From Eledone cirrhosa (taxonomy: Eukaryota), in NCBI GenBank assembly GCA_964016885.1, contig OZ024741.1, positions 269,452,001 through 269,516,000 on the forward strand: a stretch of 64,000 nucleotides of DNA. The letters are read 5' to 3'. Positions within the stretch are counted from its first letter, which is position 1. Every line of letters starts with the position of its first letter. Under the pieces are notes generated by a model. It had not been told where the DNA came from. It made no database searches and saw only the letters and a program-made list of their open reading frames with translations. Both the position numbers and the translations under genes were made by a program. Of the stretch, positions 27,401-45,400 are shown piece after piece.

Positions 27401-30400
27401 ATATATCTATGCTGTGTCTATATATCTGTATCTATATATCTATGCTGTGTCTATACATCTGTATCTATATATCTATGCTGTCTCTATGTATCTATATATA
27501 TATATATATATATCTATGCTGTGTGTCTGTATGTATTGTATCTATATATCTATATCTATATATCTATATCTATGTCTATATATCTATGCCAATATCTGTA
27601 TCTATATATCTATACTGTGTCTATATATCTGTATCTATATATCTATGCTGTGTCTATATATCTGTATTTATATATCTATGCTGTCTCTATATATCTATAT
27701 CTATATATCTATGCTGTGTCTATATATCTGTATCTATATATCTATGCTGTATCTATATATCTGTATTTATATATCTATGCTGTCTCTATATATCTGTATC
27801 TATATATCTATGCTGTGTCTATATATCTGTATCTATATATCTATGCTGTGTCTATATATCTATATATCTATGGTGTGTCTCTATATATCTGTATCTATAT
27901 ATATCTATGCTGTGTCTATATACCTGTATCTATATATCTATGGTGTCTCTATATATCTGTATCTATATATCTATGGTGTGTCTATATATCTGTATCTATA
28001 TATCTATGGTGTGTCTCTATATATCTGTATCTATATATCTATGCTGTCTCTATATATCTGTATCTATATATCTATGCTGTGTCTATATATCTGTATCTAT
28101 ATATCTATGCTGTGTCTATATATCTGTATCTATATATCTATGCCGTGTCTATATATCTGTATCTATATATCTATGCTGTGTCTATATATCTGTATCTATA
28201 TATCTATGGTGTGTCTATGCATCTGTATCTATATATCTATACTGTGTCTATATATCTGTATCTATATATATATATGGTGTCTCTATATCAGTATCTATAT
28301 ATCTATGGTGTGTCTATATATCTGTATCTATATATCTATGGTGTGTCTATATATATGTATCTATATATCTATGCTGTGTCTATATATCTGTATCTATATA
28401 TCTATGCTGTGTCTCTATATATCTGTGTCTATATATCTATACTGTGTCTAATATAACTGTATATATATATATCTATGCTGTGTCTATATATCTTTATCTA
28501 TATATCTATGCTGTATCTATATATCTATATATCTATGGTGTGTCTCTATATATCTGTATCTATATATCTATGCTGTGTCTATATACCTGTATCTATATAT
28601 CTATGGTGTCTCTATATATCTGTATCTATATATCTATGGTGTGTCTATATATCTGTATCTATATATCTATGGTGTGTCTCTATATATCTGTATCTATATA
28701 TCTATGCTGTATCTATATATCTATATCTATATATCTATGCTGTGTCTATATATCTGTATCTATATATCTATGCTGTGTCTATATATCTGTATCTATATAA
28801 TAATGGTGTCTCTATATATCTGTATCTATATATCTATGTTGTGTCTATATATCTGTATCTATATATTTATGCTGTGTCTATATATCTCTATCTATATATC
28901 TATGCTGTGTTTATATATCTGTATCTATATATCTATGGTGTGTCTCTATATATCTGTATCTATATATCTATGGTGTGTCTATATATCTGTATCTATATAT
29001 CTATGCTGTGTCTATATATCTGTATCTATATATCTATGCCGTGTCTATATATCTGTATCTATATATCTATGGTGTGTCTCTATATATCTGTATCTATATA
29101 TATATGCTGTGTCTATATATCTGTATCTATATATCTATGCCGTGTCTATATATCTGTATCTATATATCTATGCTGTGTCTATGTATCTGTATCTATATAT
29201 CTGTATCTATATATCTATACTGTGTCTATATATCTGTATCTATATATCTATGCTGTGTCTATATATCTGTATCTATATATCTATGCTGTGTCTATATATC
29301 TGTATCTATATATCTATACTGTGTCTATATATCTGTATCTATATATCTATGCTGTCTCTATATATCTGTATCTATATATCTATGGTGTGTCTATGTATCT
29401 GTATCTATATATCTATACTGTGTCTATATATCTGTATCTATATATATATATGGTGTCTCTATATCAGTATCTATATATCTATGGTGTGTCTATATATCTG
29501 TATCTATATATCTATGGTGTGTCTATATATATGTATCTATATATCTATGCTGTGTCTATATATCTGTATCTATATATCTATGCTGTGTCTATATATCTGT
29601 ATCTATATATCTATGCTGTGTCTATATATCTGTATCTATATATCTATGCTGTCTCTATATATCTGTATCTATATATCTATGGTGTGTCTATATATCTGTA
29701 TCTATATATCTATGGTGTGTCTATATATCTGTATCTATATATCTATGCTGTGTCTATATATCTGTATCTATATATCTATGCTGTGTCTATACATCTGTAT
29801 CTATATATCTATGCTGTCTCTATGTATCTATCTATATATATATATCTATGCTCTGTGTCTGTATGTATTGTATCTATATATCTATATCTATATATCTATA
29901 TCTATGTCTATATATCTATGCCAATATCTGTATCTATATATCTATACTGTGTCTGTATATCTGTATCTATATATCTATGCTGTGTCTATATATCTATATA
30001 TCTATGGTGTGTCTCTATATATCTGTATCTATATATCTATGCTGTGTCTATATACCTGTATCTATATATCTATGGTGTCTCTATATATCTGTATCTATAT
30101 ATCTATGGTGTGTCTATATACCTGTATCTATATATCTATGGTATGTCTCTATATATCTGTATCTATATATCTATGCTGTCTCTATATATCTGTATCTATA
30201 TATCTATGCTGTGTCTATATATCTGTATCTATATATCTATGCTGTGTCTATATATCTATATATCTATGGTGTGTCTCTATATATCTGTATCTATATATCT
30301 ATGCTGTGTCTATATACCTGTATCTATATATCTATGGTGTCTCTATATATCTGTATCTATATATCTATGGTGTGTCTATATATCTGTATCTATATATCTA

Positions 30401-33400
30401 TGGTGTGTCTCTATATATCTGTATCTATATATCTATGCTGTCTCTATATATCTGTATCTATATATCTATGCTGTGTCTATATATCTGTATCTATATATCT
30501 ATGCTGTGTCTATATATCTATGCCGTGTCTATATATCTGTATCTATATATCTATGCTGTGTCTATATATCTGTATCTATATATCTATGGTGTGTCTATGT
30601 ATCTGTATCTATATATCTATACTGTGTCTATATATCTGTATCTATATATATATATGGTGTCTCTATATCAGTATCTATATATCTATGGTGTGTCTATATA
30701 TCTGTATCTATATATCTATGGTGTGTCTATATATATGTATCTATATATCTATGCTGTCTCTATATATCTGTATCTATATATCTATGCTGTCTCTATATAT
30801 CTGTATCTATATATCTATGGTGTGTCTATATATCTGTATCTATATATCTATGCTGTCTCTATATATCAGTATCTATATATCTATGGTGTGTCTATATATC
30901 TGTATCTATATACCTATGGTGTGTCTATGTATCTGTATCTATATATCTATGCTGTGTCTATATATCTGTATCTATATATCTATGCTGTGTCTATATATCT
31001 GTATCTATATATCTATGCTGTCTCTATATATCTGTATCTATATATCTATGGTGTGTCTATATATCTGTATCTATATATCTATGGTGTGTCTATATATCTG
31101 TATCTATATATCTATGCTGTGTCTATATATCTGTATCTATATATCTATGCTGTGTCTATACATCTGTATCTATATATCTATGCTGTCTCTATGTATCTAT
31201 ATATATATATATATATATGCTGTGTGTCTGTATCTATGCTGTCTCTATATATCTGTATCTATATATCTATGCTGTGTCTGTATATCTGTATCTATATATC
31301 TATGCTGTATCTATATACCTGTATCTATATATCTCTGCTGTCTCTATATATCTGTATCTATATATCTATGCTGTGTCTATATATCTGTATCTATATATCT
31401 ATGCTGTGTCTATATATCTATATATCTATGGTGTGTCTCTATATATCTGTATCTATATATCTATGCTGTGTCTATATACCTGTATCTATATATCTATGGT
31501 GTCTCTATATATCTGTATCTATATATCTATGGTGTGTCTATATATCTGTATCTATATATCTATGGTGTGTCTCTATATATCTGTATCTATATATCTATGC
31601 TGTCTCTATACATCTGTATCTATATATCTATTCTGTGTCTATATACCTGTATCTATATATCTATGGTGTGTCTATATATCTATATCTATATATCTATACT
31701 GTGTCTATGTATCTGTATCTATATATCTATACTGTGTCTATATATCTGTATCTATATATCTATGCTGTCTCTAAATATCTGTATCTATATATCTATGCTG
31801 TCTCTATATATCTGTATCTATATATCTATTCTGTGTCTATATATCTGTATCTATATATCTATGGTGTGTCTATATATCTATATCTATATATCTAGCCTGT
31901 CTCTATGTATCTGTATCTATATATCTATGCTGTGTCTCTATATATCTGTATCTATATATCTATACTGTGTCTATATATCTGTATCTATATATCTATACTG
32001 TGTCTATATATCTGTATCTATATATCTATGCTGTGTCTATATATCTGTATCTATATATCTATGCTGTCTCTATATATCTGTATCTATATATCTATGGTGT
32101 CTCTATATATCTGTATCTATATATCTATGCTGTCTCTATATATCTGTATCTATATATCTATACTGTCTCTATATATCTGTATCTATATATCTATGGTGTG
32201 TCTATATATCTGTATCTATATATCTATGTTGTGTCTATATATCTGTATCTATATATATATACTGTCTCTATATATCTGTATCTATATATCTATGCTGTGT
32301 CTATGTATCTGTATCTATATATCTATGCTGTGTCTATATATCTGTATCTATATATCTATACTGTCTCTATATATCTGTATCTATATATCTATGTTGTTTC
32401 TATATATCTGTATCTCTATATCTTTGGTGTGTCTATATATCTGTATCTATATATCTATACTGTCTCTCTATGTATCTGTATCTATATATCTATGCTGTCT
32501 CTATATATCTGTATTTATATATCTATGGTGTGTATATATATCTGTATCTATATATCTATGCTGTGTCTATATACCTGTATCTATATATCTATGGTGTCTC
32601 TATATATCTGTATCTATATATCTATGGTGTGTCTATATATCTGTATCTATATATCTATGGTGTGTCTCTATATATCTGTATCTATATATCTATGCTGTCT
32701 CTATATATCTGTATCTATATATCTATGCTGTGTCTATATATCTGTATCTATATATCTATGCTGTGTCTATATATCTATGCCGTGTCTATATATCTGTATC
32801 TATATATCTATGCTGTGTCTATATATCTGTATCTATATATCTATGGTGTGTCTATGTATCTGTATCTATATATCTATACTGTGTCTATATATCTGTATCT
32901 ATATATATATATGGTGTCTCTATATCAGTATCTATATATCTATGGTGTGTCTATATATCTGTATCTATATATCTATGGTGTGTCTATATATATGTATCTA
33001 TATATCTATGCTGTCTCTATATATCTGTATCTATATATCTATGCTGTCTCTATATATCTGTATCTATATATCTATGGTGTGTCTATATATCTGTATCTAT
33101 ATATCTATGCTGTCTCTATATATCAGTATCTATATATCTATGGTGTGTCTATATATCTGTATCTATATACCTATGGTGTGTCTATGTATCTGTATCTATA
33201 TATCTATGCTGTGTCTATATATCTGTATCTATATATCTATGCTGTGTCTATATATCTGTATCTATATATCTATGCTGTCTCTATATATCTGTATCTATAT
33301 ATCTATGGTGTGTCTATATATCTGTATCTATATATCTATGGTGTGTCTATATATCTGTATCTATATATCTATGCTGTGTCTATATATCTGTATCTATATA

Positions 33401-36400
33401 TCTATGCTGTGTCTATACATCTGTATCTATATATCTATGCTGTCTCTATGTATCTATATATATATATATATATATATGCTGTGTGTCTGTATCTATGCTG
33501 TCTCTATATATCTGTATCTATATATCTATGCTGTGTCTATATATCTGTATCTATATATCTATGCTGTATCTATATACCTGTATCTATATATCTCTGCTGT
33601 CTCTATATATCTGTATCTATATATCTATGCTGTGTCTATATATCTGTATCTATATATCTATGCTGTGTCTATATATCTATATATCTATGGTGTGTCTCTA
33701 TATATCTGTATCTATATATCTCTGCTGTGTCTATATACCTGTATCTATATATCTATGGTGTCTCTATATATCTGTATCTATATATCTATGGTGTGTCTAT
33801 ATATCTGTATCTATATATCTATGGTGTGTCTCTATATATCTGTATCTATATATCTATGCTGTCTCTATACATCTGTATCTATATATCTATTCTGTGTCTA
33901 TATACCTGTATCTATATATCTATGGTGTGTCTATATATCTATATCTATATATCTATACTGTGTCTATGTATCTGTATCTATATATCTATACTGTGTCTAT
34001 ATATCTGTATCTATATATCTATGCTGTCTCTAAATATCTGTATCTATATATCTATGCTGTCTCTATATATCTGTATCTATATATCTATTCTGTGTCTATA
34101 TATCTGTATCTATATATCTATGGTGTGTCTATATATCTATATCTATATATCTAGCCTGTCTCTATGTATCTGTATCTATATATCTATGCTGTGTCTCTAT
34201 ATATCTGTATCTATATATCTATACTGTGTCTATATATCTGTATCTATATATCTATACTGTGTCTATATATCTGTATCTATATATCTATGCTGTGTCTATA
34301 TATCTGTATCTATATATCTATGCTGTCTCTATATATCTGTATCTATATATCTATGGTGTCTCTATATATCTGTATCTATATATCTATGCTGTCTCTATAT
34401 ATCTGTATCTATATATCTATACTGTCTCTATATATCTGTATCTATATATCTATGGTGTGTCTATATATCTGTATCTATATATCTATGTTGTGTCTATATA
34501 TCTGTATCTATATATATATACTGTCTCTATATATCTGTATCTATATATCTATGCTGTGTCTATGTATCTGTATCTATATATCTATGCTGTGTCTATATAT
34601 CTGTATCTATATATCTATGGTGTGTCTATATATATGTATCTATATATCTATGCTGTGTCTATATATCTGTATCTATATATCTATGCTGTGTCTCTATATA
34701 TCTGTGTCTATATATCTATACTGTGTCTAATATAACTGTATATATATATATCTATGCTGTGTCTATATATCTTTATCTATATATCTATGCTGTATCTATA
34801 TATCTATATATCTATGGTGTGTCTCTATATATCTGTATCTATATATCTATGCTGTGTCTATATACCTGTATCTATATATCTATGGTGTCTCTATATATCT
34901 GTATCTATATATCTATGGTGTGTCTATATATCTGTATCTATATATCTATGGTGTGTCTCTATATATCTGTATCTATATATCTATGCTGTATCTATATATC
35001 TATATCTATATATCTATGCTGTGTCTATATATCTGTATCTATATATCTATGCTGTGTCTATATATCTGTATCTATATAATAATGGTGTCTCTATATATCT
35101 GTATCTATATATCTATGTTGTGTCTATATATCTGTATCTATATATTTATGCTGTGTCTATATATCTCTATCTATATATCTATGCTGTGTTTATATATCTG
35201 TATCTATATATCTATGGTGTGTCTCTATATATCTGTATCTATATATCTATGGTGTGTCTATATATCTGTATCTATATATCTATGCTGTGTCTATATATCT
35301 GTATCTATATATCTATGCCGTGTCTATATATCTGTATCTATATATCTATGGTGTGTCTCTATATATCTGTATCTATATATATATGCTGTGTCTATATATC
35401 TGTATCTATATATCTATGCCGTGTCTATATATCTGTATCTATATATCTATGCTGTGTCTATGTATCTGTATCTATATATCTGTATCTATATATCTATACT
35501 GTGTCTATATATCTGTATCTATATATCTATGCTGTGTCTATATATCTGTATCTATATATCTATGCTGTGTCTATATATCTGTATCTATATATCTATACTG
35601 TGTCTATATATCTGTATCTATATATCTATGCTGTCTCTATATATCTGTATCTATATATCTATGGTGTGTCTATGTATCTGTATCTATATATCTATACTGT
35701 GTCTATATATCTGTATCTATATATATATATGGTGTCTCTATATCAGTATCTATATATCTATGGTGTGTCTATATATCTGTATCTATATATCTATGGTGTG
35801 TCTATATATATGTATCTATATATCTATGCTGTGTCTATATATCTGTATCTATATATCTATGCTGTGTCTATATATCTGTATCTATATATCTATGCTGTGT
35901 CTATATATCTGTATCTATATATCTATGCTGTCTCTATATATCTGTATCTATATATCTATGGTGTGTCTATATATCTGTATCTATATATCTATGGTGTGTC
36001 TATATATCTGTATCTATATATCTATGCTGTGTCTATATATCTGTATCTATATATCTATGCTGTGTCTATACATCTGTATCTATATATCTATGCTGTCTCT
36101 ATGTATCTATCTATATATATATATCTATGCTCTGTGTCTGTATGTATTGTATCTATATATCTATATCTATATATCTATATCTATGTCTATATATCTATGC
36201 CAATATCTGTATCTATATATCTATACTGTGTCTGTATATCTGTATCTATATATCTATGCTGTGTCTATATATCTATATATCTATGGTGTGTCTCTATATA
36301 TCTGTATCTATATATCTATGCTGTGTCTATATACCTGTATCTATATATCTATGGTGTCTCTATATATCTGTATCTATATATCTATGGTGTGTCTATATAC

Positions 36401-39400
36401 CTGTATCTATATATCTATGGTATGTCTCTATATATCTGTATCTATATATCTATGCTGTCTCTATATATCTGTATCTATATATCTATGCTGTGTCTATATA
36501 TCTGTATCTATATATCTATGCTGTGTCTATATATCTATATATCTATGGTGTGTCTCTATATATCTGTATCTATATATCTATGCTGTGTCTATATACCTGT
36601 ATCTATATATCTATGGTGTCTCTATATATCTGTATCTATATATCTATGGTGTGTCTATATATCTGTATCTATATATCTATGGTGTGTCTCTATATATCTG
36701 TATCTATATATCTATGCTGTCTCTATATATCTGTATCTATATATCTATGCTGTGTCTATATATCTGTATCTATATATCTATGCTGTGTCTATATATCTAT
36801 GCCGTGTCTATATATCTGTATCTATATATCTATGCTGTGTCTATATATCTGTATCTATATATCTATGGTGTGTCTATGTATCTGTATCTATATATCTATA
36901 CTGTGTCTATATATCTGTATCTATATATATATATGGTGTCTCTATATCAGTATCTATATATCTATGGTGTGTCTATATATCTGTATCTATATATCTATGG
37001 TGTGTCTATATATATGTATCTATATATCTATGCTGTCTCTATATATCTGTATCTATATATCTATGCTGTCTCTATATATCTGTATCTATATATCTATGGT
37101 GTGTCTATATATCTGTATCTATATATCTATGCTGTCTCTATATATCAGTATCTATATATCTATGGTGTGTCTATATATCTGTATCTATATACCTATGGTG
37201 TGTCTATGTATCTGTATCTATATATCTATGCTGTGTCTATATATCTGTATCTATATATCTATGCTGTGTCTATATATCTGTATCTATATATCTATGCTGT
37301 CTCTATATATCTGTATCTATATATCTATGGTGTGTCTATATATCTGTATCTATATATCTATGGTGTGTCTATATATCTGTATCTATATATCTATGCTGTG
37401 TCTATATATCTGTATCTATATATCTATGCTGTGTCTATACATCTGTATCTATATATCTATGCTGTCTCTATGTATCTATATATATATATATATATATGCT
37501 GTGTGTCTGTATCTATGCTGTCTCTATATATCTGTATCTATATATCTATGCTGTGTCTGTATATCTGTATCTATATATCTATGCTGTATCTATATACCTG
37601 TATCTATATATCTCTGCTGTCTCTATATATCTGTATCTATATATCTATGCTGTGTCTATATATCTGTATCTATATATCTATGCTGTGTCTATATATCTAT
37701 ATATCTATGGTGTGTCTCTATATATCTGTATCTATATATCTATGCTGTGTCTATATACCTGTATCTATATATCTATGGTGTCTCTATATATCTGTATCTA
37801 TATATCTATGGTGTGTCTATATATCTGTATCTATATATCTATGGTGTGTCTCTATATATCTGTATCTATATATCTATGCTGTCTCTATACATCTGTATCT
37901 ATATATCTATTCTGTGTCTATATACCTGTATCTATATATCTATGGTGTGTCTATATATCTATATCTATATATCTATACTGTGTCTATGTATCTGTATCTA
38001 TATATCTATACTGTGTCTATATATCTGTATCTATATATCTATGCTGTCTCTAAATATCTGTATCTATATATCTATGCTGTCTCTATATATCTGTATCTAT
38101 ATATCTATTCTGTGTCTATATATCTGTATCTATATATCTATGGTGTGTCTATATATCTATATCTATATATCTAGCCTGTCTCTATGTATCTGTATCTATA
38201 TATCTATGCTGTGTCTCTATATATCTGTATCTATATATCTATACTGTGTCTATATATCTGTATCTATATATCTATACTGTGTCTATATATCTGTATCTAT
38301 ATATCTATGCTGTGTCTATATATCTGTATCTATATATCTATGCTGTCTCTATATATCTGTATCTATATATCTATGGTGTCTCTATATATCTGTATCTATA
38401 TATCTATGCTGTCTCTATATATCTGTATCTATATATCTATACTGTCTCTATATATCTGTATCTATATATCTATGGTGTGTCTATATATCTGTATCTATAT
38501 ATCTATGTTGTGTCTATATATCTGTATCTATATATATATACTGTCTCTATATATCTGTATCTATATATCTATGCTGTGTCTATGTATCTGTATCTATATA
38601 TCTATGCTGTGTCTATATATCTGTATCTATATATCTATACTGTCTCTATATATCTGTATCTATATATCTATGTTGTTTCTATATATCTGTATCTCTATAT
38701 CTTTGGTGTGTCTATATATCTGTATCTATATATCTATACTGTCTCTCTATGTATCTGTATCTATATATCTATGCTGTCTCTATATATCTGTATTTATATA
38801 TCTATGGTGTGTATATATATCTGTATCTATATATCTATGCTGTGTCTATATACCTGTATCTATATATCTATGGTGTCTCTATATATCTGTATCTATATAT
38901 CTATGGTGTGTCTATATATCTGTATCTATATATCTATGGTGTGTCTCTATATATCTGTATCTATATATCTATGCTGTCTCTATATATCTGTATCTATATA
39001 TCTATGCTGTGTCTATATATCTGTATCTATATATCTATGCTGTGTCTATATATCTATGCCGTGTCTATATATCTGTATCTATATATCTATGCTGTGTCTA
39101 TATATCTGTATCTATATATCTATGGTGTGTCTATGTATCTGTATCTATATATCTATACTGTGTCTATATATCTGTATCTATATATATATATGGTGTCTCT
39201 ATATCAGTATCTATATATCTATGGTGTGTCTATATATCTGTATCTATATATCTATGGTGTGTCTATATATATGTATCTATATATCTATGCTGTCTCTATA
39301 TATCTGTATCTATATATCTATGCTGTCTCTATATATCTGTATCTATATATCTATGGTGTGTCTATATATCTGTATCTATATATCTATGCTGTCTCTATAT

Positions 39401-42400
39401 ATCAGTATCTATATATCTATGGTGTGTCTATATATCTGTATCTATATACCTATGGTGTGTCTATGTATCTGTATCTATATATCTATGCTGTGTCTATATA
39501 TCTGTATCTATATATCTATGCTGTGTCTATATATCTGTATCTATATATCTATGCTGTCTCTATATATCTGTATCTATATATCTATGGTGTGTCTATATAT
39601 CTGTATCTATATATCTATGGTGTGTCTATATATCTGTATCTATATATCTATGCTGTGTCTATATATCTGTATCTATATATCTATGCTGTGTCTATACATC
39701 TGTATCTATATATCTATGCTGTCTCTATGTATCTATATATATATATATATATATATGCTGTGTGTCTGTATCTATGCTGTCTCTATATATCTGTATCTAT
39801 ATATCTATGCTGTGTCTATATATCTGTATCTATATATCTATGCTGTATCTATATACCTGTATCTATATATCTCTGCTGTCTCTATATATCTGTATCTATA
39901 TATCTATGCTGTGTCTATATATCTGTATCTATATATCTATGCTGTGTCTATATATCTATATATCTATGGTGTGTCTCTATATATCTGTATCTATATATCT
40001 CTGCTGTGTCTATATACCTGTATCTATATATCTATGGTGTCTCTATATATCTGTATCTATATATCTATGGTGTGTCTATATATCTGTATCTATATATCTA
40101 TGGTGTGTCTCTATATATCTGTATCTATATATCTATGCTGTCTCTATACATCTGTATCTATATATCTATTCTGTGTCTATATACCTGTATCTATATATCT
40201 ATGGTGTGTCTATATATCTATATCTATATATCTATACTGTGTCTATGTATCTGTATCTATATATCTATACTGTGTCTATATATCTGTATCTATATATCTA
40301 TGCTGTCTCTAAATATCTGTATCTATATATCTATGCTGTCTCTATATATCTGTATCTATATATCTATTCTGTGTCTATATATCTGTATCTATATATCTAT
40401 GGTGTGTCTATATATCTATATCTATATATCTAGCCTGTCTCTATGTATCTGTATCTATATATCTATGCTGTGTCTCTATATATCTGTATCTATATATCTA
40501 TACTGTGTCTATATATCTGTATCTATATATCTATACTGTGTCTATATATCTGTATCTATATATCTATGCTGTGTCTATATATCTGTATCTATATATCTAT
40601 GCTGTCTCTATATATCTGTATCTATATATCTATGGTGTCTCTATATATCTGTATCTATATATCTATGCTGTCTCTATATATCTGTATCTATATATCTATA
40701 CTGTCTCTATATATCTGTATCTATATATCTATGGTGTGTCTATATATCTGTATCTATATATCTATGTTGTGTCTATATATCTGTATCTATATATATATAC
40801 TGTCTCTATATATCTGTATCTATATATCTATGCTGTGTCTATGTATCTGTATCTATATATCTATGCTGTGTCTATATATCTGTATCTATATATCTATACT
40901 GTTTCTATATATCTGTATCTATATATCTATGTTGTTTCTATATATCTGTATCTCTATATCTTTGGTGTGTCTATATATCTGTATCTATATATCTATACTG
41001 TCTCTCTATGTATCTGTATCTATATATCTATGGTGTCTCTATATATCTGTATCTATATATCTATGCTGTCTCTATATATCTGTATCTATATATCTATACT
41101 GTCTCTATATATCTGTATCTATATATCTATACTGTCTCTATATATGCTGTATCTATATATCTATGCTGTGTCTATATATCTGTATCTATATATCTATGCT
41201 GTGTCTATATATCTATATCTATATATCTATGGTGTGTCTCTGTATATCTGTATCTATATATCTATGCTGTGTCTATACATCTGTATCTATATATCTATGC
41301 TGTCTCTATGTATCTATATATATATATATATATATGCTGTGTGTCTGTATCTATGCTGTCTCTATATATCTGTATCTATATATCTATGCTGTGTCTATAT
41401 ATCTGTATCTATATATCTATGCTGTATCTATATACCTGTATCTATATATCTCTGCTGTCTCTATATATCTGTATCTATATATCTATGCTGTGTCTATATA
41501 TCTGTATCTATATATCTATGCTGTGTCTATATATCTATATATCTATGGTGTGTCTCTATATATCTGTATCTATATATCTATGCTGTGTCTATATACCTGT
41601 ATCTATATATCTATGGTGTCTCTATATATCTGTATCTATATATCTATGGTGTGTCTATATATCTGTATCTATATATCTATGGTGTGTCTCTATATATCTG
41701 TATCTATATATCTATGCTGTCTCTATACATCTGTATCTATATATCTATTCTGTGTCTATATACCTGTATCTATATATCTATGGTGTGTCTATATATCTAT
41801 ATCTATATATCTATACTGTGTCTATGTATCTGTATCTATATATCTATACTGTGTCTATATATCTGTATCTATATATCTATGCTGTCTCTAAATATCTGTA
41901 TCTATATATCTATGCTGTCTCTATATATCTGTATCTATATATCTATTCTGTGTCTATATATCTGTATCTATATATCTATGGTGTGTCTATATATCTATAT
42001 CTATATATCTAGCCTGTCTCTATGTATCTGTATCTATATATCTATGCTGTGTCTCTATATATCTGTATCTATATATCTATACTGTGTCTATATATCTGTA
42101 TCTATATATCTATACTGTGTCTATATATCTGTATCTATATATCTATGCTGTGTCTATATATCTGTATCTATATATCTATGCTGTCTCTATATATCTGTAT
42201 CTATATATCTATGGTGTCTCTATATATCTGTATCTATATATCTATGCTGTCTCTATATATCTGTATCTATATATCTATACTGTCTCTATATATCTGTATC
42301 TATATATCTATGTTGTGTCTATATATCTGTATCTATATATATATACTGTCTCTATATATCTGTATCTATATATCTATGCTGTGTCTATGTATCTGTATCT

Positions 42401-45400
42401 ATATATCTATGCTGTGTCTATATATCTGTATCTATATATCTATACTGTCTCTATATATCTGTATCTATATATCTATGTTGTTTCTATATATCTGTATCTC
42501 TATATCTTTGGTGTGTCTATATATCTGTATCTATATATCTATACTGTCTCTCTATGTATCTGTATCTATATATCTATGCTGTCTCTATATATCTGTATCT
42601 ATATATCTATGGTGTGTATATATATCTGTATCTATATATCTATACTGTCTCTCTATGTATCTGTATCTATATATCTATGGTGTCTCTATATATCTGTATC
42701 TATATATCTATGCTGTCTCTATATATCTGTATCTATATATCTATACTGTCTCTATATATCTGTATCTATATATCTATACTGTCTCTATATATGCTGTATC
42801 TATATATCTATGCTGTGTCTATATATCTGTATCTATATATCTATGCTGTGTCTATATATCTATATCTATATATCTATGGTGTGTCTCTGTATATCTGTAT
42901 CTATATATCTATGCTGTGTGTATATATCTGTATCTATATATCTATGCTGTCTCTATATATCTGTATCTATATATCTATGGTGTGTCTATATATCTGTATC
43001 TATATATCTATACTGTGTCTCTGTGTATCTGTATCTATATATCCATGCTGTGTCTATATATCTGTATCTATATATCTATGCTGTGTCTATATATCTGTAT
43101 CTATATATCTATGCTGTCTCTATATATCTGTACCTATACATCTATGCTGTGTCTATGTATCTGTATCTATATATCTATGCTGTGTCTATGTATCTGTATC
43201 TATATATCTATGCTGTCTCTATATATCTGTATCTATATATCTATGGTGTGTCTATATATCTGTATCTATATATCTATGTTGTGTCTATATATCTGTATCT
43301 ATATATCTATGCTGTGTCTATATATCTGTATCTATATATCTATACTGTGTCTATATATCTGTATATATATATCTATGCTGTCTCTATATATCTGTATCTA
43401 TATATCTATGCTGTCTCTATATATCTGTATCTATATATCTATGTTGTGTCTATATATCTGTATCTATATATCTATGCTGTGTCTATATATCTGTATCTAT
43501 ATATCTATGCTGTGTCTATATATCTGTATCTATATATCTATGCTGTGTCTATATACCTGTATCTATATATCTATGGTGTCTTTATATATCTGTATATATA
43601 TATATCTATACTGTGTCTATATATATGTATCTATATATCTATGCTGTGTCTATGTATCTGTATCTATATATCTATGCTGTGTCTATATATCTGTATGTAT
43701 ATATCTATACTGTGTCTATATATCAGTATCTATATATCTATGCAGTGTCTATATATCTGTATCTATATATCTATGGTGTGTCTATATATATGTATCTATA
43801 TATCTATGCTGTGTCTATATATCTGTATCTATATATCTATGCTGTCTCTATATATCTGTATCTATATATCTATGCCGTGTCTATATATCTGTATCTATAT
43901 ATCTATACTGTGTCTATGTATCTGTATCTATATATCTATGCTGTGTCTATATATCTGTATCTATATATCTATGCTGTGTCTATACATCTGTATCTATATA
44001 TCTATGCTCTCTTTATGTATCTATATATATATATATATATGCTGTGTGTCTGTATGTATTGTGTCTATATATCTATATCTATATATCTATATCTATGTCT
44101 ATATATCTATGCCAATATCTGTATCTATATATCTATACTGTGTCTATATATCTGTATCTATATATCTGTATCTATATATCTATGCTGTGTCTATATATCT
44201 GTATATATATATCTATGCTGTCTCTATATATCTATATCTATATCTATATATCTATGCTGTGTCTATATATCTGTATCTATATATCTATGCTGTGTCTCTA
44301 TATATTTGTATCTATATATCTATTCTGTGTCTATATACCTGTATCTATATATCTATTCTGTGTCTATATACCTGTATCTATATATCTATTGTGTGTCTAT
44401 ATATCTATATCTATATATCTATACTGTGTCTATATATCTGTATCTATATATCTATGGTGTGTCTATATATCTGTATCTATATATCTATGGTGTGTCTATA
44501 TAACTGTATCTATATATCTATGCTGTGTCTCTATATATCTGTATCTATATATCTATGCTGTGTCTATATATCTGTATCTATATATCTATGCTGTGTCTAT
44601 ATATATCTGTATCTATATATCTATGCTGTCTCTATACATCTGTATCAATATATCTATGCTGTGTCTATATATCTATATCTATATATCTATGCTGTGTCTA
44701 TATATCTGTATCTATATATCTATGCTGTCTCTATATATCTGTATCTATATATCTATGCTGTGTCTCTATATATCTGTATCTATATATCTATGCCGTGTCT
44801 ATATAACTGTATCTATATATCTATGCTGTGTCTATATATCTGTATCTATATATCTATGGTGTGTCTATATACCTGTATCTATATATATAGAGACAGCATA
44901 GATATATCTGTATCTATATATCTATGCTGTCTCTATATATCTGTATATATATGTCTATACTGTGTCTATATATCTGTATCTATATATCTATGGTGTGTCT
45001 ATATATCTGTATCTATATATCTATACTGTCTCTATATATCTGTATCTATATATCTGTACTGTGTCTATATATCTGTATCTATATATCTATGGTGTGTCCA
45101 TATATCTGTATCTATATATCTATGCTGTGTCTATATATCTGTATCTATATATCTATGCCGTGTCTATATAACTGTATCTATATATCTATGCTGTGTCTAT
45201 ATATCTGTATCTATATATCTATGGTGTGTCTATATACCTGTATCTATATATATAGAGACAGCATAGATATATCTGTATCTATATATCTATGCTGTCTCTA
45301 TATATCTGTATCTATATGTCTATACTGTGTCTATATATCTGTATCTATATATCTATGCTGTCTCTAAATATCTGTATCTATATATCTATGCCGTGTCTAT

